DNA from: Oligoflexales bacterium
Lineage (GTDB): Bacteria; Bdellovibrionota_B; Oligoflexia; Oligoflexales; JAPPIL01
NCBI GenBank assembly: GCA_965215515.1
Contig: OZ244057.1
Span: 1,376,001 to 1,440,000, forward strand
Direction of reading: 5' to 3'
Length of the DNA: 64,000 nucleotides
Of the stretch, positions 28,449 to 38,048 are shown piece by piece. The notes beneath the pieces were generated by a model, which did not search any database, was not told the origin of the DNA, and saw only the letters and a program-made list of their open reading frames with translations. Positions within the stretch are counted from its first letter, which is position 1. Each line of letters opens with the position of its first letter. Made by a program: the position numbers and the translations under genes.

Positions 28449-29789
28449 CTATTCAATACTTCGGAGGCAGACAAAATCCTTTTCAGGCTGGAGCTGGAAG
28501 ATATGCACACGATTACCGTAGAATGAACCGACCACCACTGTGCCCCGTCGATTAGCGGCAAAACGGTAGTACGACGCGTCTCGCAGTTGTGAAGTACAGC
28601 TCTTTTGCCAAATCGGCTGGGTAAAAGTGCGGGCGGCGATACTGAAGAACACTTGGGCACGTGGCCAGTTGACAAAACCGCGAAAACTGTTAACCAGCAG
28701 TGTCTTGGTGGCATTTATCCGCAAAACCTCAATGTCGCCAGGGAAACGCAGCTCGCCATCGCCATCGGCACTGTGCACAACTTTGAACCGCAGCTTAGCG
28801 TGTTCGTCAATCGTTGCTTTGACGATGTTGTTGGAGGTGGAATCGACCGCCCCGCGTTGCGACAGGTAGAAGCTGTTCTCATCGTCAGGGTCGGGATGAG
28901 TGTCATAAAAATTAGTGCGGTAGGTTTTTTTGCTACTCGTCTCTTTGCTCTCTTGCCAGCGCGGATAGAAAAGCCAGTGCAGTTCGTCGCGGAGATCGTC
29001 CTCGCGGAGAGGAAATGCTTGTGGTTGCGCGTCACGCGCCGCAAAAATGTCATAGATGGCATACTGGAAGATGGGAAGGCCCTCTTGCCAAGCGTCGGGA
29101 ACACCATCCGCACCATCTATCTCTTGTCCTTGTTCGTTGTGGGAGAGGCTGTCTTCGAGGGTTTCATCGTGGTAACGCAGACGGTTGATTGCGCTGACAA
29201 AGGCATACAACAGGCCACGTGATGGATCGAGGTGCAGAGCACGACGAGGGTGTTGGTAGGTACGCACGTGTTCGAGCGACAGGTCGTGGCTGTTGCCGAT
29301 GAACAGTTCGCCTCGTGCACAGCTGATGAAAAAATAGGCAAAGTCCTTACGCATGACTGAGTTGAGAGGCATGCAGTCGATCGTCCACTTCTTGCGCAAA
29401 CGCGGCTTGCTGGCCTCGTGGAGGTCGTAGAGTTGGACCGCGGCATCGTCGCGGGTAACGCTACGATCGAAAGTGACCAGCAGTCTGTCGTCTGCGACGC
29501 TGAGATTGCGCGCCATGCGAGGAATGGGGAGCGCGTGTAGCTTTTTGCCCTCGGCATCGAGCACGAGAATCGAGCCGCGGTTAAAGGTACGGTCGTAGTC
29601 GGCGTTGAGCACGTAGAAATAGCTACCATCATCGCTGACCGCCACATCCACAGGACTGGCGATCCGTTTACCCAGCGGAGGATAATTCTCCTCACGAGCA
29701 CAGGTAGTTAGCGAAGTAAGGACGGATAACAGCAGCACCTTTAATAACAAGAGACATCCCCCAGCGACCGATGCGGGGCAGGCTATCAC
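28449..29789 (-). CDS. Putative beta-propeller lipoprotein
   Basis: Hydrophobic leader ending LTTC; SPVDVAVSDDGSYFYVLN-type blades. Start uncertain. Confidence 0.7.
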   Translation of the reverse strand: MIACPASVAGGCLLLLKVLLLSVLTSLTTCAREENYPPLGKRIASPVDVAVSDDGSYFYVLNADYDRTFNRGSILVLDAEGKKLHALPIPRMARNLSVADDRLLVTFDRSVTRDDAAVQLYDLHEASKPRLRKKWTIDCMPLNSVMRKDFAYFFISCARGELFIGNSHDLSLEHVRTYQHPRRALHLDPSRGLLYAFVSAINRLRYHDETLEDSLSHNEQGQEIDGADGVPDAWQEGLPIFQYAIYDIFAARDAQPQAFPLREDDLRDELHWLFYPRWQESKETSSKKTYRTNFYDTHPDPDDENSFYLSQRGAVDSTSNNIVKATIDEHAKLRFKVVHSADGDGELRFPGDIEVLRINATKTLLVNSFRGFVNWPRAQVFFSIAARTFTQPIWQKSCTSQLRDASYYRFAANRRGTVVVGSFYGNRVHIFQLQPEKDFVCLRSIE

Positions 29790-29846
29790 ACGTCCACACC
29801 ACGATGCAAGCTGAGCCGCGGGTGCGCCTTGAGCAACGGAGACGGT

Positions 29847-30752
29847 CTAGTTGGCCATGTTGGCCAGGTAGTCACGCAGGCGGCTGTTCATCAGTGCTTT
29901 GGAGACCCAAAAGGTATCCGTCAGCTGCGTGACTAGATCGAGTGTGCTGTCGAGGTTGTCCACCTCCTGACGCAACAGATGGTCGGGGATCAGCACCACC
30001 CCCGCGAAGATGTTGCTCTGTACATCGCGTACTTCCTGCGGCGCAGACTTGAGCCGTGCGGTGAGAGGATGTTGTGTTGCGCAGAGAAACTTGAACAGCT
30101 CTTTCACCAACAAAAACCTGAGGTAAGGTTTCATGTCGTCGTCACGATAACCGATAGTGCACGACATTCCCTGCCCCTCACCATCGTTGCTAACCTCGTA
30201 AGGCTCAGTCAAACCTGGCTTGAGCAGAAGGTTGATATGGGGAAAAAGATTGAAAACTTCAGGCACATATATGGGGGATTCGTTGAAACTCCCTAGTTGT
30301 AAAATATCCCGTGCGATGTGCGCTACCGCCGCACGATTGACATCAAACACCTCCTCGAAAGTCTTGACTCCACGCTCTGTTTGCCAACGAGCAGGATTTT
30401 TAAAAAACTCTTTCTTGAGATTCTCAAGCGGCTTCTCTTGTAAATTAAAATCACCATAGCCCCTAAACTCGAACACCGCTTCAGGCAAACTAATCCTCCC
30501 TGCGGCAATGCTGACCAGCAGATGCTCGTCGATACGCAGATGCTCGGCAAGACTGCGCAAGGTGGCTAACGCACGAATGTTCTTCTTGCCCTTCTTCCAG
30601 TGACTGCAATCAGCAGGATCGTAGCCCAAGATAGCACCGACATCCTGATCGATAACTTTGACATTGCCATCGTAGTGTATCTCTAGCGCCTCCTTACAGA
30701 AACGGAACAAGTTGGCAGAATGAGGATAGAGGTTTTCAGCGGTTTTCTTCAT
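29847..30752 (-). CDS. XRE-like HTH plus IrrE/ImmA-like domain lacking HEXXH
   Basis: DQDVGAILGYDPADCSHWKKGK HTH; RFLLVKELFK; DVQSNIFAGVVLIP; LTDTFWVSKALMNSRL. Confidence 0.7.
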   Translation of the reverse strand: MKKTAENLYPHSANLFRFCKEALEIHYDGNVKVIDQDVGAILGYDPADCSHWKKGKKNIRALATLRSLAEHLRIDEHLLVSIAAGRISLPEAVFEFRGYGDFNLQEKPLENLKKEFFKNPARWQTERGVKTFEEVFDVNRAAVAHIARDILQLGSFNESPIYVPEVFNLFPHINLLLKPGLTEPYEVSNDGEGQGMSCTIGYRDDDMKPYLRFLLVKELFKFLCATQHPLTARLKSAPQEVRDVQSNIFAGVVLIPDHLLRQEVDNLDSTLDLVTQLTDTFWVSKALMNSRLRDYLANMAN

Positions 30753-30902
30753 GGCGGAACGATCCCTTCGCAGCGATGAGGTAGCGGCGAACCGCCTGCA
30801 GGCAAGCCAGCCAACAGCAGATCACCCCCCGACGGTAAAACTTAGCCCTGTGTATAATTAGAAACGATTTTTGCAGGCTGTGCAAGATCCACAGATGTTT
30901 TT

Positions 30903-30931
30903 TTGCCTTGACCTGTTGCTGCTGCTATACT
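30903..30931 (+). promoter_or_regulatory. Putative sigma-70 promoter
   Basis: TTGCCT-N17-TATACT with extended TG, upstream of the ceramidase-like gene. Confidence 0.5.
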
Positions 30932-30964
30932 CAGGGGGCGAAGCGAGAAAACGACGAGGGTAAC

Positions 30965-31648
30965 GTGAACGAGTCTTGGTTGCACACCATACCACCCTGG
31001 CAAGGGCTGGTGGATTTATACTGCGAGCGTACCGCCGATGGACTGCTGGCCGAGCCGTGGAACTTATTTTCTAACCTCGCTCTTTTTATCGCTTTTTTCG
31101 CGACCAGAAAACTTCATCCGCCAAGATGCACAAAGATATTTGCGCTCTTGCAATATTTGATTTTAGCGATTGCTATCGGCAGTTCGTTGTTTCACAGTTT
31201 CGCTCGCTTCTGGGCATTGTTTCTCGATGTCGGGCCGATAAGTCTGTTCATGGTCGTCTATGTTATCACGTGGTTGCGCGGTGTGCTGTGTCTCAAGATG
31301 GGTGCGACAGTTATCATCACCTTGTTGTTCGTAATTTTTACTGCCTTCCTGCGGGTGTTCAAGATTGAGTGGTTGAACAACTCGGAGTTTTATTTCAGTC
31401 CACTGCTGGTAATCGCTGTCTTTTACCTCGATCGTCTGCGCCGCGGTCGTGACGAAGCTGAGACTTACGGTATCGCACTTGTTTTTTTCGCCGCATCCTT
31501 GTTCTGTCGCATTATCGATGCCCATATCTGTGTTTATTTTCCGACGGGCACGCATTTTCTCTGGCACATCTTCAACGGCGGTTGCCTCTACTACGCTATG
31601 CGAGGTCTACATTTTGCCCTTGCCTCACGAGGAGGTGCTCAAGCTTGA
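30965..31648 (+). CDS. Ceramidase-domain (CREST superfamily) membrane hydrolase
   Basis: YCER, AEPWNLFSN, GSSLFH, LDVGPI, HFLWH; about seven TM helices. Confidence 0.85.
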   Translation: MNESWLHTIPPWQGLVDLYCERTADGLLAEPWNLFSNLALFIAFFATRKLHPPRCTKIFALLQYLILAIAIGSSLFHSFARFWALFLDVGPISLFMVVYVITWLRGVLCLKMGATVIITLLFVIFTAFLRVFKIEWLNNSEFYFSPLLVIAVFYLDRLRRGRDEAETYGIALVFFAASLFCRIIDAHICVYFPTGTHFLWHIFNGGCLYYAMRGLHFALASRGGAQA

Positions 31649-32625
31649 AAGCCTTGCTTGTTTCTAACCACCCTACCTATCGGGCCGAGATAGCTGATCT
31701 AGACCCTCCTGTGTGGCAAGAAGGTCAGGTGTTGGTGCGGGTGCATTACTCAGCGCTCAACTACAAGGATGCGTTGGCGATTACGGGTAAGGGACGTATC
31801 GTGCGCAAGTTTCCTCTTATCGCGGGTATCGACCTGGCAGGTGAAGTGCTCGCGGCAGGCACTACTGCGTTGCACAAAGGAGCGGCAGTGCTGGCCACAG
31901 GTTGTGGTTTGGGCGAAGAACATAACGGGGGTTATTGTGAGCTAGCAGCCGTCGATGCTCGTCATGTCATCCCCCTACCCGCGTCTATGACCTTGCAGCA
32001 AGCCATCACTCTCGGGACAGCGGGGTTCACCGCCGCACTGTGCTATGAACAAATGGTACGCAACGCACAAACCCCAGAATTGGGCGAGCTTGTCATCACG
32101 GGAGCTTCAGGCGGCGTGGGCAGTATTGCCACCGCTATTTTCAGCCAGCACGGCTATCGAGTACTGGCGGTGAGCGACAAACAAGACCGTCAGGGGTGGT
32201 TGCGCAAGCTAGGTGCACAGGAAGTCTGGACAACGACACAACTACTGGCACACAATCCTGCACCGCTTGCTTCAGCGCGTTGGGGCGGAGCGATCGACAA
32301 CCTCGGCGGCACGTACTTGACTGCCTTGCTCAAGGCAACAGCCCTGCACGGCAACGTTGCCTGCGTGGGACTAGCGGCCTCCGCCACCCTGCACAGCACC
32401 GTCTTTCCACACCTCCTGCGCGGCGTAAACCTACTCGGTATCAGCTCCAACAACTGCCCTCTACCCCAACGCCACCGTCTCTGGCAACGTCTTGCCGATG
32501 ACCTGCGCCCCCACCGACCCGACCTGCTGGTCAGCGAGGAAATCACCCTCGCAGAACTGCCGACCACCGCCGAACGCATGCTGGCACGCCAAACACGAGG
32601 GCGCATTATCGTACGGCTGCCCTAG
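31645..32625 (+). CDS. acuI: Acryloyl-CoA reductase AcuI/YhdH family oxidoreductase
   Basis: YSALNYKDALAITG, GIDLAG, GTAGFTAAL, TGASGGVGS, LRGVNLLGI; TTG start after ggagg. Confidence 0.9.
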   Translation: MKALLVSNHPTYRAEIADLDPPVWQEGQVLVRVHYSALNYKDALAITGKGRIVRKFPLIAGIDLAGEVLAAGTTALHKGAAVLATGCGLGEEHNGGYCELAAVDARHVIPLPASMTLQQAITLGTAGFTAALCYEQMVRNAQTPELGELVITGASGGVGSIATAIFSQHGYRVLAVSDKQDRQGWLRKLGAQEVWTTTQLLAHNPAPLASARWGGAIDNLGGTYLTALLKATALHGNVACVGLAASATLHSTVFPHLLRGVNLLGISSNNCPLPQRHRLWQRLADDLRPHRPDLLVSEEITLAELPTTAERMLARQTRGRIIVRLP

Positions 32626-32652
32626 CCTTCCGCTTGCAGGAAAAAAGATCGG

Positions 32653-33819
32653 TCAGGAGGCGTTGAGCAAGGCAACTATTCTTTGTGCCCCGTCTGCCAT
32701 ATCGTGTGCGGCGACGATACGCAGCTGTGATCGTTGTAAAATTGCCTTCCCCTGCTCGACGTTTGTGCCTTCCAAACGTACCACCAGAGGCACTTTCAGC
32801 CGTAGTTCACGTGCCGCAGCTACCAAGCCGTTGGCGATCGTGTCGCAGCGCATGATGCCTCCGAAGATATTGACGAAGATACCTTGCACCGCTCTGTCCT
32901 GTAAAATTATACGAAAAGCATCGGTCACCTGTTCTTCGTTCGCTCCGCCTCCCACATCGAGGAAGTTAGCGGGCTCGCCGCCGTAGTGCTTGATAATATC
33001 CATCGTCGCCATCGCCAAACCCGCGCCGTTGACGAGACAACCGATCGATCCACTTAAACCGATATAACTGATGTTGCATTTGGAAGCCTCGACTTCACGC
33101 TCGTCCTCCTCGGCAAAATCACGCCACTCCTGTAACCTCTTCTGCCGAAAAAGGGCATTGCCATCGATAATAACCTTGCTGTCAAGCACGACCCAATCGT
33201 CGTCGACGACTGCCAACGGGTTAATCTCTAACAACGACAAGTCGTAGCGGCGGAAAACCCGATAGAGGTTCTCCACCAACGGGTGAAATTTGCCCGCAAG
33301 CGGCGTACCCGCCAAGCCCAGCCCGATCAGCAAACGATAGAGATAAAAACTCTTCAAGCCGATACGAGGATCGACATGCACCGTCAAAATCTGACCTGCG
33401 TCTTTAGCTGCGACTTCTTCGATGTCCATGCCGCCCTGCGTTGAAGCGACGATCGCGATGGCAGCACGCTCTCGGTCGATAAGCAGGGAGAGGTAAAACT
33501 CACGGGCAATATCCGCCCCCGCCTCGATGTACAGCCGCTGCACCTGCTGGCCGCGTGCTCCCGTCTGCGGTGTGACTAGCGTTTTGCCCAGCATTTCGCC
33601 CGCCACCGTGCGACACTCAGCAGGTGAGTTGACCAGCTTAACTCCGCCTGCCTTGCCGCGTCCACCTGCGTGAATCTGTGCCTTCACTACCGCACGATCG
33701 GTCTGTAGCCGCAGCATGGCAAACTCCGCCTCAATCGCCGACGTAACGGCATAACCACGCCCCACAGGAACACGATGGCGGCGTAGTAGGGCTTTGGCTT
33801 GGTACTCATGAATTTTCAC
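32653..33819 (-). CDS. sucC: Succinyl-CoA synthetase beta subunit
   Basis: KIHEYQAK, KAQIHAGGRGKAGGV, GCLVNGAGLAMATMD, NIFGGIMRCD. Confidence 0.97.
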   Translation of the reverse strand: MKIHEYQAKALLRRHRVPVGRGYAVTSAIEAEFAMLRLQTDRAVVKAQIHAGGRGKAGGVKLVNSPAECRTVAGEMLGKTLVTPQTGARGQQVQRLYIEAGADIAREFYLSLLIDRERAAIAIVASTQGGMDIEEVAAKDAGQILTVHVDPRIGLKSFYLYRLLIGLGLAGTPLAGKFHPLVENLYRVFRRYDLSLLEINPLAVVDDDWVVLDSKVIIDGNALFRQKRLQEWRDFAEEDEREVEASKCNISYIGLSGSIGCLVNGAGLAMATMDIIKHYGGEPANFLDVGGGANEEQVTDAFRIILQDRAVQGIFVNIFGGIMRCDTIANGLVAAARELRLKVPLVVRLEGTNVEQGKAILQRSQLRIVAAHDMADGAQRIVALLNAS

Positions 33820-33822
33820 CGT

Positions 33823-35448
33823 TTACCCCATGTGTGGGTAGCGATAAGTTGACAGCGGCTGCAACGTCTCCTTTATTGTGCGTGCCGACATCCACCGTGT
33901 CAAGTTGAGATAACTACCTGCCTTATCGTTAGTGCCTGAAGCACGCCCGCCGCCGAAAGGCTGTTGCCCGATAATCGCCCCTGTCGGTTTGTCGTTAATG
34001 TAAAAATTACCCGCCGTGTAACACAAGGCATCGCTGAGCCGTTGCACCGCACGCCGATCCTGTGCGAAGATCGCTCCCGTCAAGGCATAGGCAGCCGTGG
34101 TGTCGCACAGGGCAAGGGTGCGGTCGAGATCTTCATCCGCATAAACATAGACGGTCAAAACAGGGCCGAAAATTTCCTCCCGCATCGTCCGATAGTGTGG
34201 ATCTTTCGTCAGTAGAATGGTCGGTGCGATGAAATAACCACGGCTATCATCACGACCACCACCGACGAGAACTTCCACCCCTTCGGCTCCCCGTGCGGCA
34301 TCGATGTAAGCGGTAATTTTTTGGAAAGCTTTCGCATCGATGACCGCGGCGATAAAATTGCTAAAGTCAGCAGGGTTGCCCATTTTAATCTCGCGGGTAC
34401 GAGCCACCAGATCGTCCTTGATGTCGTTCCACACCGAAACGGGAAGATAAGCACGCGAAGCGGCTGAGCATTTTTGCCCTTGATACTCAAACGCCCCCCG
34501 CACTAAGTGATTGATCAACGACTGACGATCGGCTGACGTGTGGGCAAAGACGAAGTCCTTGCCGCCCGTTTCACCGACGAGTCGCGGATAATTGCGATAA
34601 TGCTGGATATTATTGCCGACCTGTGCCCACAGCCGACGGAAGACAGCGGTCGAGCCCGTGAAATGTAAACCGCTACAGTCTGGATGTGCCAACACCTTAG
34701 CGCTCACACGCGCCGCGTCGCCAGGCACGAAGTTGATGACTCCTGGCGGTAAACCCGCCTCACGCAACACCTCTAAACCAGTCCAGGCCGACAGTGCCGC
34801 CTGTTCCGCGGGTTTCCACACCACACAACAACCCATCAGGGCTGGGGCGGCGGCAAGGTTGATGGCCAGCGAAGTAAAATTGAAGGGCGACACGGCATAG
34901 ACGAACCCTTCGAGACCACGATACTCGCTTCTGTTCCACACCCCAGGCACGGATAAGGGTTGCACCTCATAGATGTCTTGCAGGTAAGAGACATTGAAAC
35001 GCAGGAAGTCGATTAGTTCACAAGCCGCATCGATCTCGGCTTGATACAGTGTCTTGCTCTGCCCCAGCATGGTGGTGGCATTAATCGCGGGGCGGTACTT
35101 GCCTTCCAGCAAATCCGCCGCCCGCAGGAACACTGCGGCACGCTGTTCCCACGGTAACCGCGACCATTCCTTCTGTGCCGTAACCGCCTGCGTGATCGCC
35201 TGAGCGATGTCCTCGTCATCGGCCAGACTACAGTTGGCGATGTGATGGGTATGGGCGTGCGGTGCGCAGATTTTGAACTGCTGGGTTTTCATTACGGTCC
35301 GTTCGCCGATCAACAGCGGTACGTCAGCCACGTGCTGACTGCGAGCCTTGAGTTCCTGACTGAGTGCCTCCCGTTCAGGTGATCCTGGCAGATAGTCCCG
35401 CACAGGATCGTTGATAGGCTCAGGGACGCTGGAAATAGCATTGCTCAT
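33823..35448 (-). CDS. pruA: L-glutamate gamma-semialdehyde (P5C) dehydrogenase
   Basis: QAEIDAACELIDF, PFNFT, FTGST, GETGGK, FEYQGQKCSA, EEIFGP, SGTNDKAGS. Confidence 0.95.
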   Translation of the reverse strand: MSNAISSVPEPINDPVRDYLPGSPEREALSQELKARSQHVADVPLLIGERTVMKTQQFKICAPHAHTHHIANCSLADDEDIAQAITQAVTAQKEWSRLPWEQRAAVFLRAADLLEGKYRPAINATTMLGQSKTLYQAEIDAACELIDFLRFNVSYLQDIYEVQPLSVPGVWNRSEYRGLEGFVYAVSPFNFTSLAINLAAAPALMGCCVVWKPAEQAALSAWTGLEVLREAGLPPGVINFVPGDAARVSAKVLAHPDCSGLHFTGSTAVFRRLWAQVGNNIQHYRNYPRLVGETGGKDFVFAHTSADRQSLINHLVRGAFEYQGQKCSAASRAYLPVSVWNDIKDDLVARTREIKMGNPADFSNFIAAVIDAKAFQKITAYIDAARGAEGVEVLVGGGRDDSRGYFIAPTILLTKDPHYRTMREEIFGPVLTVYVYADEDLDRTLALCDTTAAYALTGAIFAQDRRAVQRLSDALCYTAGNFYINDKPTGAIIGQQPFGGGRASGTNDKAGSYLNLTRWMSARTIKETLQPLSTYRYPHMG

Positions 35449-35568
35449 CGGTTTATCACTCCGCAAGTTACAAAGCCCGCATAGTAACTACGAGGATGAA
35501 GAATAGCAATTAACAATCTCGCTAAGGAAGGTAAGCCCGCGAGCCTGACTCTGTGCGAGAAAACGAAC

Positions 35569-36897
35569 TCACGGGTGGAATTCGCTCGTGTCGAGGTTGT
35601 GGAAGGAGACGTAGTTAGCGAGGAAAGCTAGTTCAATCGTAGCCATCGGCCCGTGACGGTTTTTCCCGATAATGACTTCTGCTTTGCCTGTGTCTTCCGA
35701 GTTCTTGTGGTAGTATTCGTCACGGTAGATAAACAGCACGAGGTCAGCATCTTGCTCCATCGAGCCTGATTCTCGCAGATCGCTCATGCGCGGGCGTTTG
35801 TCGGGGCGAGCATCGGGAGCGCGGTTGAGTTGGGCGAGTGAGATGACAGGAACGCTCAGTTCTTTTGCGAGAGACTTCAGACTGCGAGAGATTTCCGAAA
35901 TTTCCCGCTCGCGATTTTCGTAACGGCTCTCGACATTGCGCCCCACCAGCTGCAGATAGTCGATAACGATGAGACCGAGACCGTGTTCACGTTTGAAACG
36001 CCGACAACGAGAGCGCAGTTCCATCATGGTGATTGCGGGTGTGTCGTCGATGTGCAGGGGAGCGGGCAAGTCATCTAGCTGTCGCATGCCTCGCATCAGC
36101 GTATCCTGTTCATCTTCGTTGAGGTTACCGCGTCGCATTTTGGCGGAGTCTATTTTCGCTTCCGATGCCAGCAAGCGCATTACCAGCTGGTTGCTCGACA
36201 TTTCCAGCGAAAAGACTGCCGTGGGGGAGCCCTTACGTGCCGCCGCCATTGCCCAGTTCAGCGCTAATGCGGTCTTACCCATGCCAGGCCTCGCGGCGAG
36301 AATTATCAGATCGCTTGCCTGCCAGCCTCCTGTTACTGCGTCGATATCTTTGAAACCCGTGGACACACCTGTCAGTTTATCACCCATCCCGATGCGGGTT
36401 TCCAGCTCATCCATCACGGTACTGACGATGTCACCTGCGGGAATCAAACCACGTTGTTCTTGTTCTTCTGTCGCTTGCAGCAGTTCCTTTTCGATCTGCT
36501 CTAAAAATTCCTCATCTTCTCCGTCATAGTGCAGTGTTTTGTGAATAACGTCTTGACAGCTTTTGATTATTTTGCGCCGCACATGGCATTGTTTGACGAT
36601 GTTGGCGTAGTGTTCGATGTGCAGTGTTACGGGGCAACTGTCCACTAATTCCGAGAGGTAGGCGACCGAAATTTTCCCCCGATAACCCGCCAACTCAGCG
36701 ACCGTAATCACGTCCGCAGCGCGGCCCTCACTGTCCAGCTTGGTGATGACATTGTAGATTACTTGGTGTTTCTCGACAAAAAAGTGTTCTTGTCGCAGGA
36801 TGTTGGAGATGTTGATGAAGATTGCTGGCTCGTTGAGGACTGCGCCGAGCACCGCCTTCTCGGCATCCACAGAGTGCGGTGGAACAGCCGCGCCCAT
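35569..36897 (-). CDS. dnaB: Replicative DNA helicase
   Basis: PPHSVDAE, AARPGMGKT, FSLEM, DYLQL, QLNR, SDLRESGSMEQDAD, KNRHG; no intein. Confidence 0.98.
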   Translation of the reverse strand: MGAAVPPHSVDAEKAVLGAVLNEPAIFINISNILRQEHFFVEKHQVIYNVITKLDSEGRAADVITVAELAGYRGKISVAYLSELVDSCPVTLHIEHYANIVKQCHVRRKIIKSCQDVIHKTLHYDGEDEEFLEQIEKELLQATEEQEQRGLIPAGDIVSTVMDELETRIGMGDKLTGVSTGFKDIDAVTGGWQASDLIILAARPGMGKTALALNWAMAAARKGSPTAVFSLEMSSNQLVMRLLASEAKIDSAKMRRGNLNEDEQDTLMRGMRQLDDLPAPLHIDDTPAITMMELRSRCRRFKREHGLGLIVIDYLQLVGRNVESRYENREREISEISRSLKSLAKELSVPVISLAQLNRAPDARPDKRPRMSDLRESGSMEQDADLVLFIYRDEYYHKNSEDTGKAEVIIGKNRHGPMATIELAFLANYVSFHNLDTSEFHP

Positions 36898-36910
36898 GCC
36901 CCATCCTCCC

Positions 36911-37354
36911 TCAAGCTGCTACAACCCAGATTTTGAATTTAGCGATCAGTTGGGGGTGTAGCTTTACCTCTGCCTCGTAGATGCCTGTCTTCTTGATATC
37001 CTCGCCCAGCACGATGTTCTTGCGGGAAACTTCAATCCCTTCGGCTTTGAGTAGTTTTTCCAGTTCACCCGTCGTGACCGTGCCGAAGATACGCTCGCCC
37101 TCGCCAACCTGCCGTGCCACCGTCAGAGACAGTCTACCTAGCTGGGTGGCGGTGGTTTTTGCGGCGTTCAGCAGTTTATCTTGTTGCCGTGCAATAACCC
37201 GTCGGTGGTGTGCGTTGATGGCTTTGTTCCTTCTGCTGGCGAGCACCGCTAACCGTGAGGGCAGCAGGAAATTGCGGGCGTAGCCGCCTTTCACCGTCAC
37301 CTCTGCACCGCTGCTACCGAGCTCAGCAACATCTTCGGTGAGAATTACTCGCAT
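36911..37354 (-). CDS. rplI: 50S ribosomal protein L9
   Basis: VKGGYARNFLLP, IFGTVT, VKLHP. Confidence 0.97.
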   Translation of the reverse strand: MRVILTEDVAELGSSGAEVTVKGGYARNFLLPSRLAVLASRRNKAINAHHRRVIARQQDKLLNAAKTTATQLGRLSLTVARQVGEGERIFGTVTTGELEKLLKAEGIEVSRKNIVLGEDIKKTGIYEAEVKLHPQLIAKFKIWVVAA

Positions 37355-37366
37355 TCCTTCTTCTCC

Positions 37367-38023
37367 TTATCCTTGGTCTTCCAGCTTTGTGCTGTTTTCG
37401 TCGTGTGTTTGGTCGATAACACTCCCCTCAGGGAGCGGTGCGGGGTCATCGTGCCTCCTCTCTTCCTGTGGCGGAGGCGTGTCGTCGGTGGCCGTCATCT
37501 CCTCCGCTATGTCTGCCGACCCCTCGTCTGCTGAGCTCTCGTTCTCCACTACTTCGGCCACAGGAGGGGGGAGTTCTCCGACGGCTGTCTGGGACGGGGT
37601 TTCTTCCTCGCCAGTCTGTGTGGAAGACGGTGTGTTGCTGGTCTCGTCTGTGCTGGGGGGGGCGGACTCGGCTTGTGCTTGTGCAATGCGTTTCTGCTCG
37701 GCAGCCACTTCTTCTCGCACCGCGGCTGACTTGCGTTTCTCCATGCCGACGATGAGGTGGCGCAGCACCTTCTCGTCGAAACGCATTTGCTGTTCCATGT
37801 CCTTGACAATTTTGGGGTCGGCGGAAATATCATAGTTGACGAAGTAGCCGCGGAAACATCTCTTGATAGGATAGGAGAAACGTTTTGTTCTTACTGTATC
37901 CTTGCGCAGCACCGTGCCATCACGGGCAGCGATCTTGCCTTCGTAGTGCGTCAGCACTGCGGCCAAATCTTCTTCCGACAGATCGGGTCTGATGACTATC
38001 GTGAATTCGTAATCTCTCAACAT
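37367..38023 (-). CDS. rpsF: 30S ribosomal protein S6 with long acidic C-terminal tail
   Basis: MLRDYEFTIVIRPDL, FSYPIK, VLRHLI, then about 120 aa rich in E/D/S/T/P; RBS ggagg before ATG 38023. Confidence 0.92.
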   Translation of the reverse strand: MLRDYEFTIVIRPDLSEEDLAAVLTHYEGKIAARDGTVLRKDTVRTKRFSYPIKRCFRGYFVNYDISADPKIVKDMEQQMRFDEKVLRHLIVGMEKRKSAAVREEVAAEQKRIAQAQAESAPPSTDETSNTPSSTQTGEEETPSQTAVGELPPPVAEVVENESSADEGSADIAEEMTATDDTPPPQEERRHDDPAPLPEGSVIDQTHDENSTKLEDQG

Positions 38024-38048
38024 CACACATCCTCCACTGGCAAGTCGT

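Noticed and set aside
28442..28714. 91-aa N-terminal extension of SMC in the ORF track
   Set aside because: It overlaps the upstream lipoprotein gene; SMC homology starts at MLLKKITVCGFKSF (28441).
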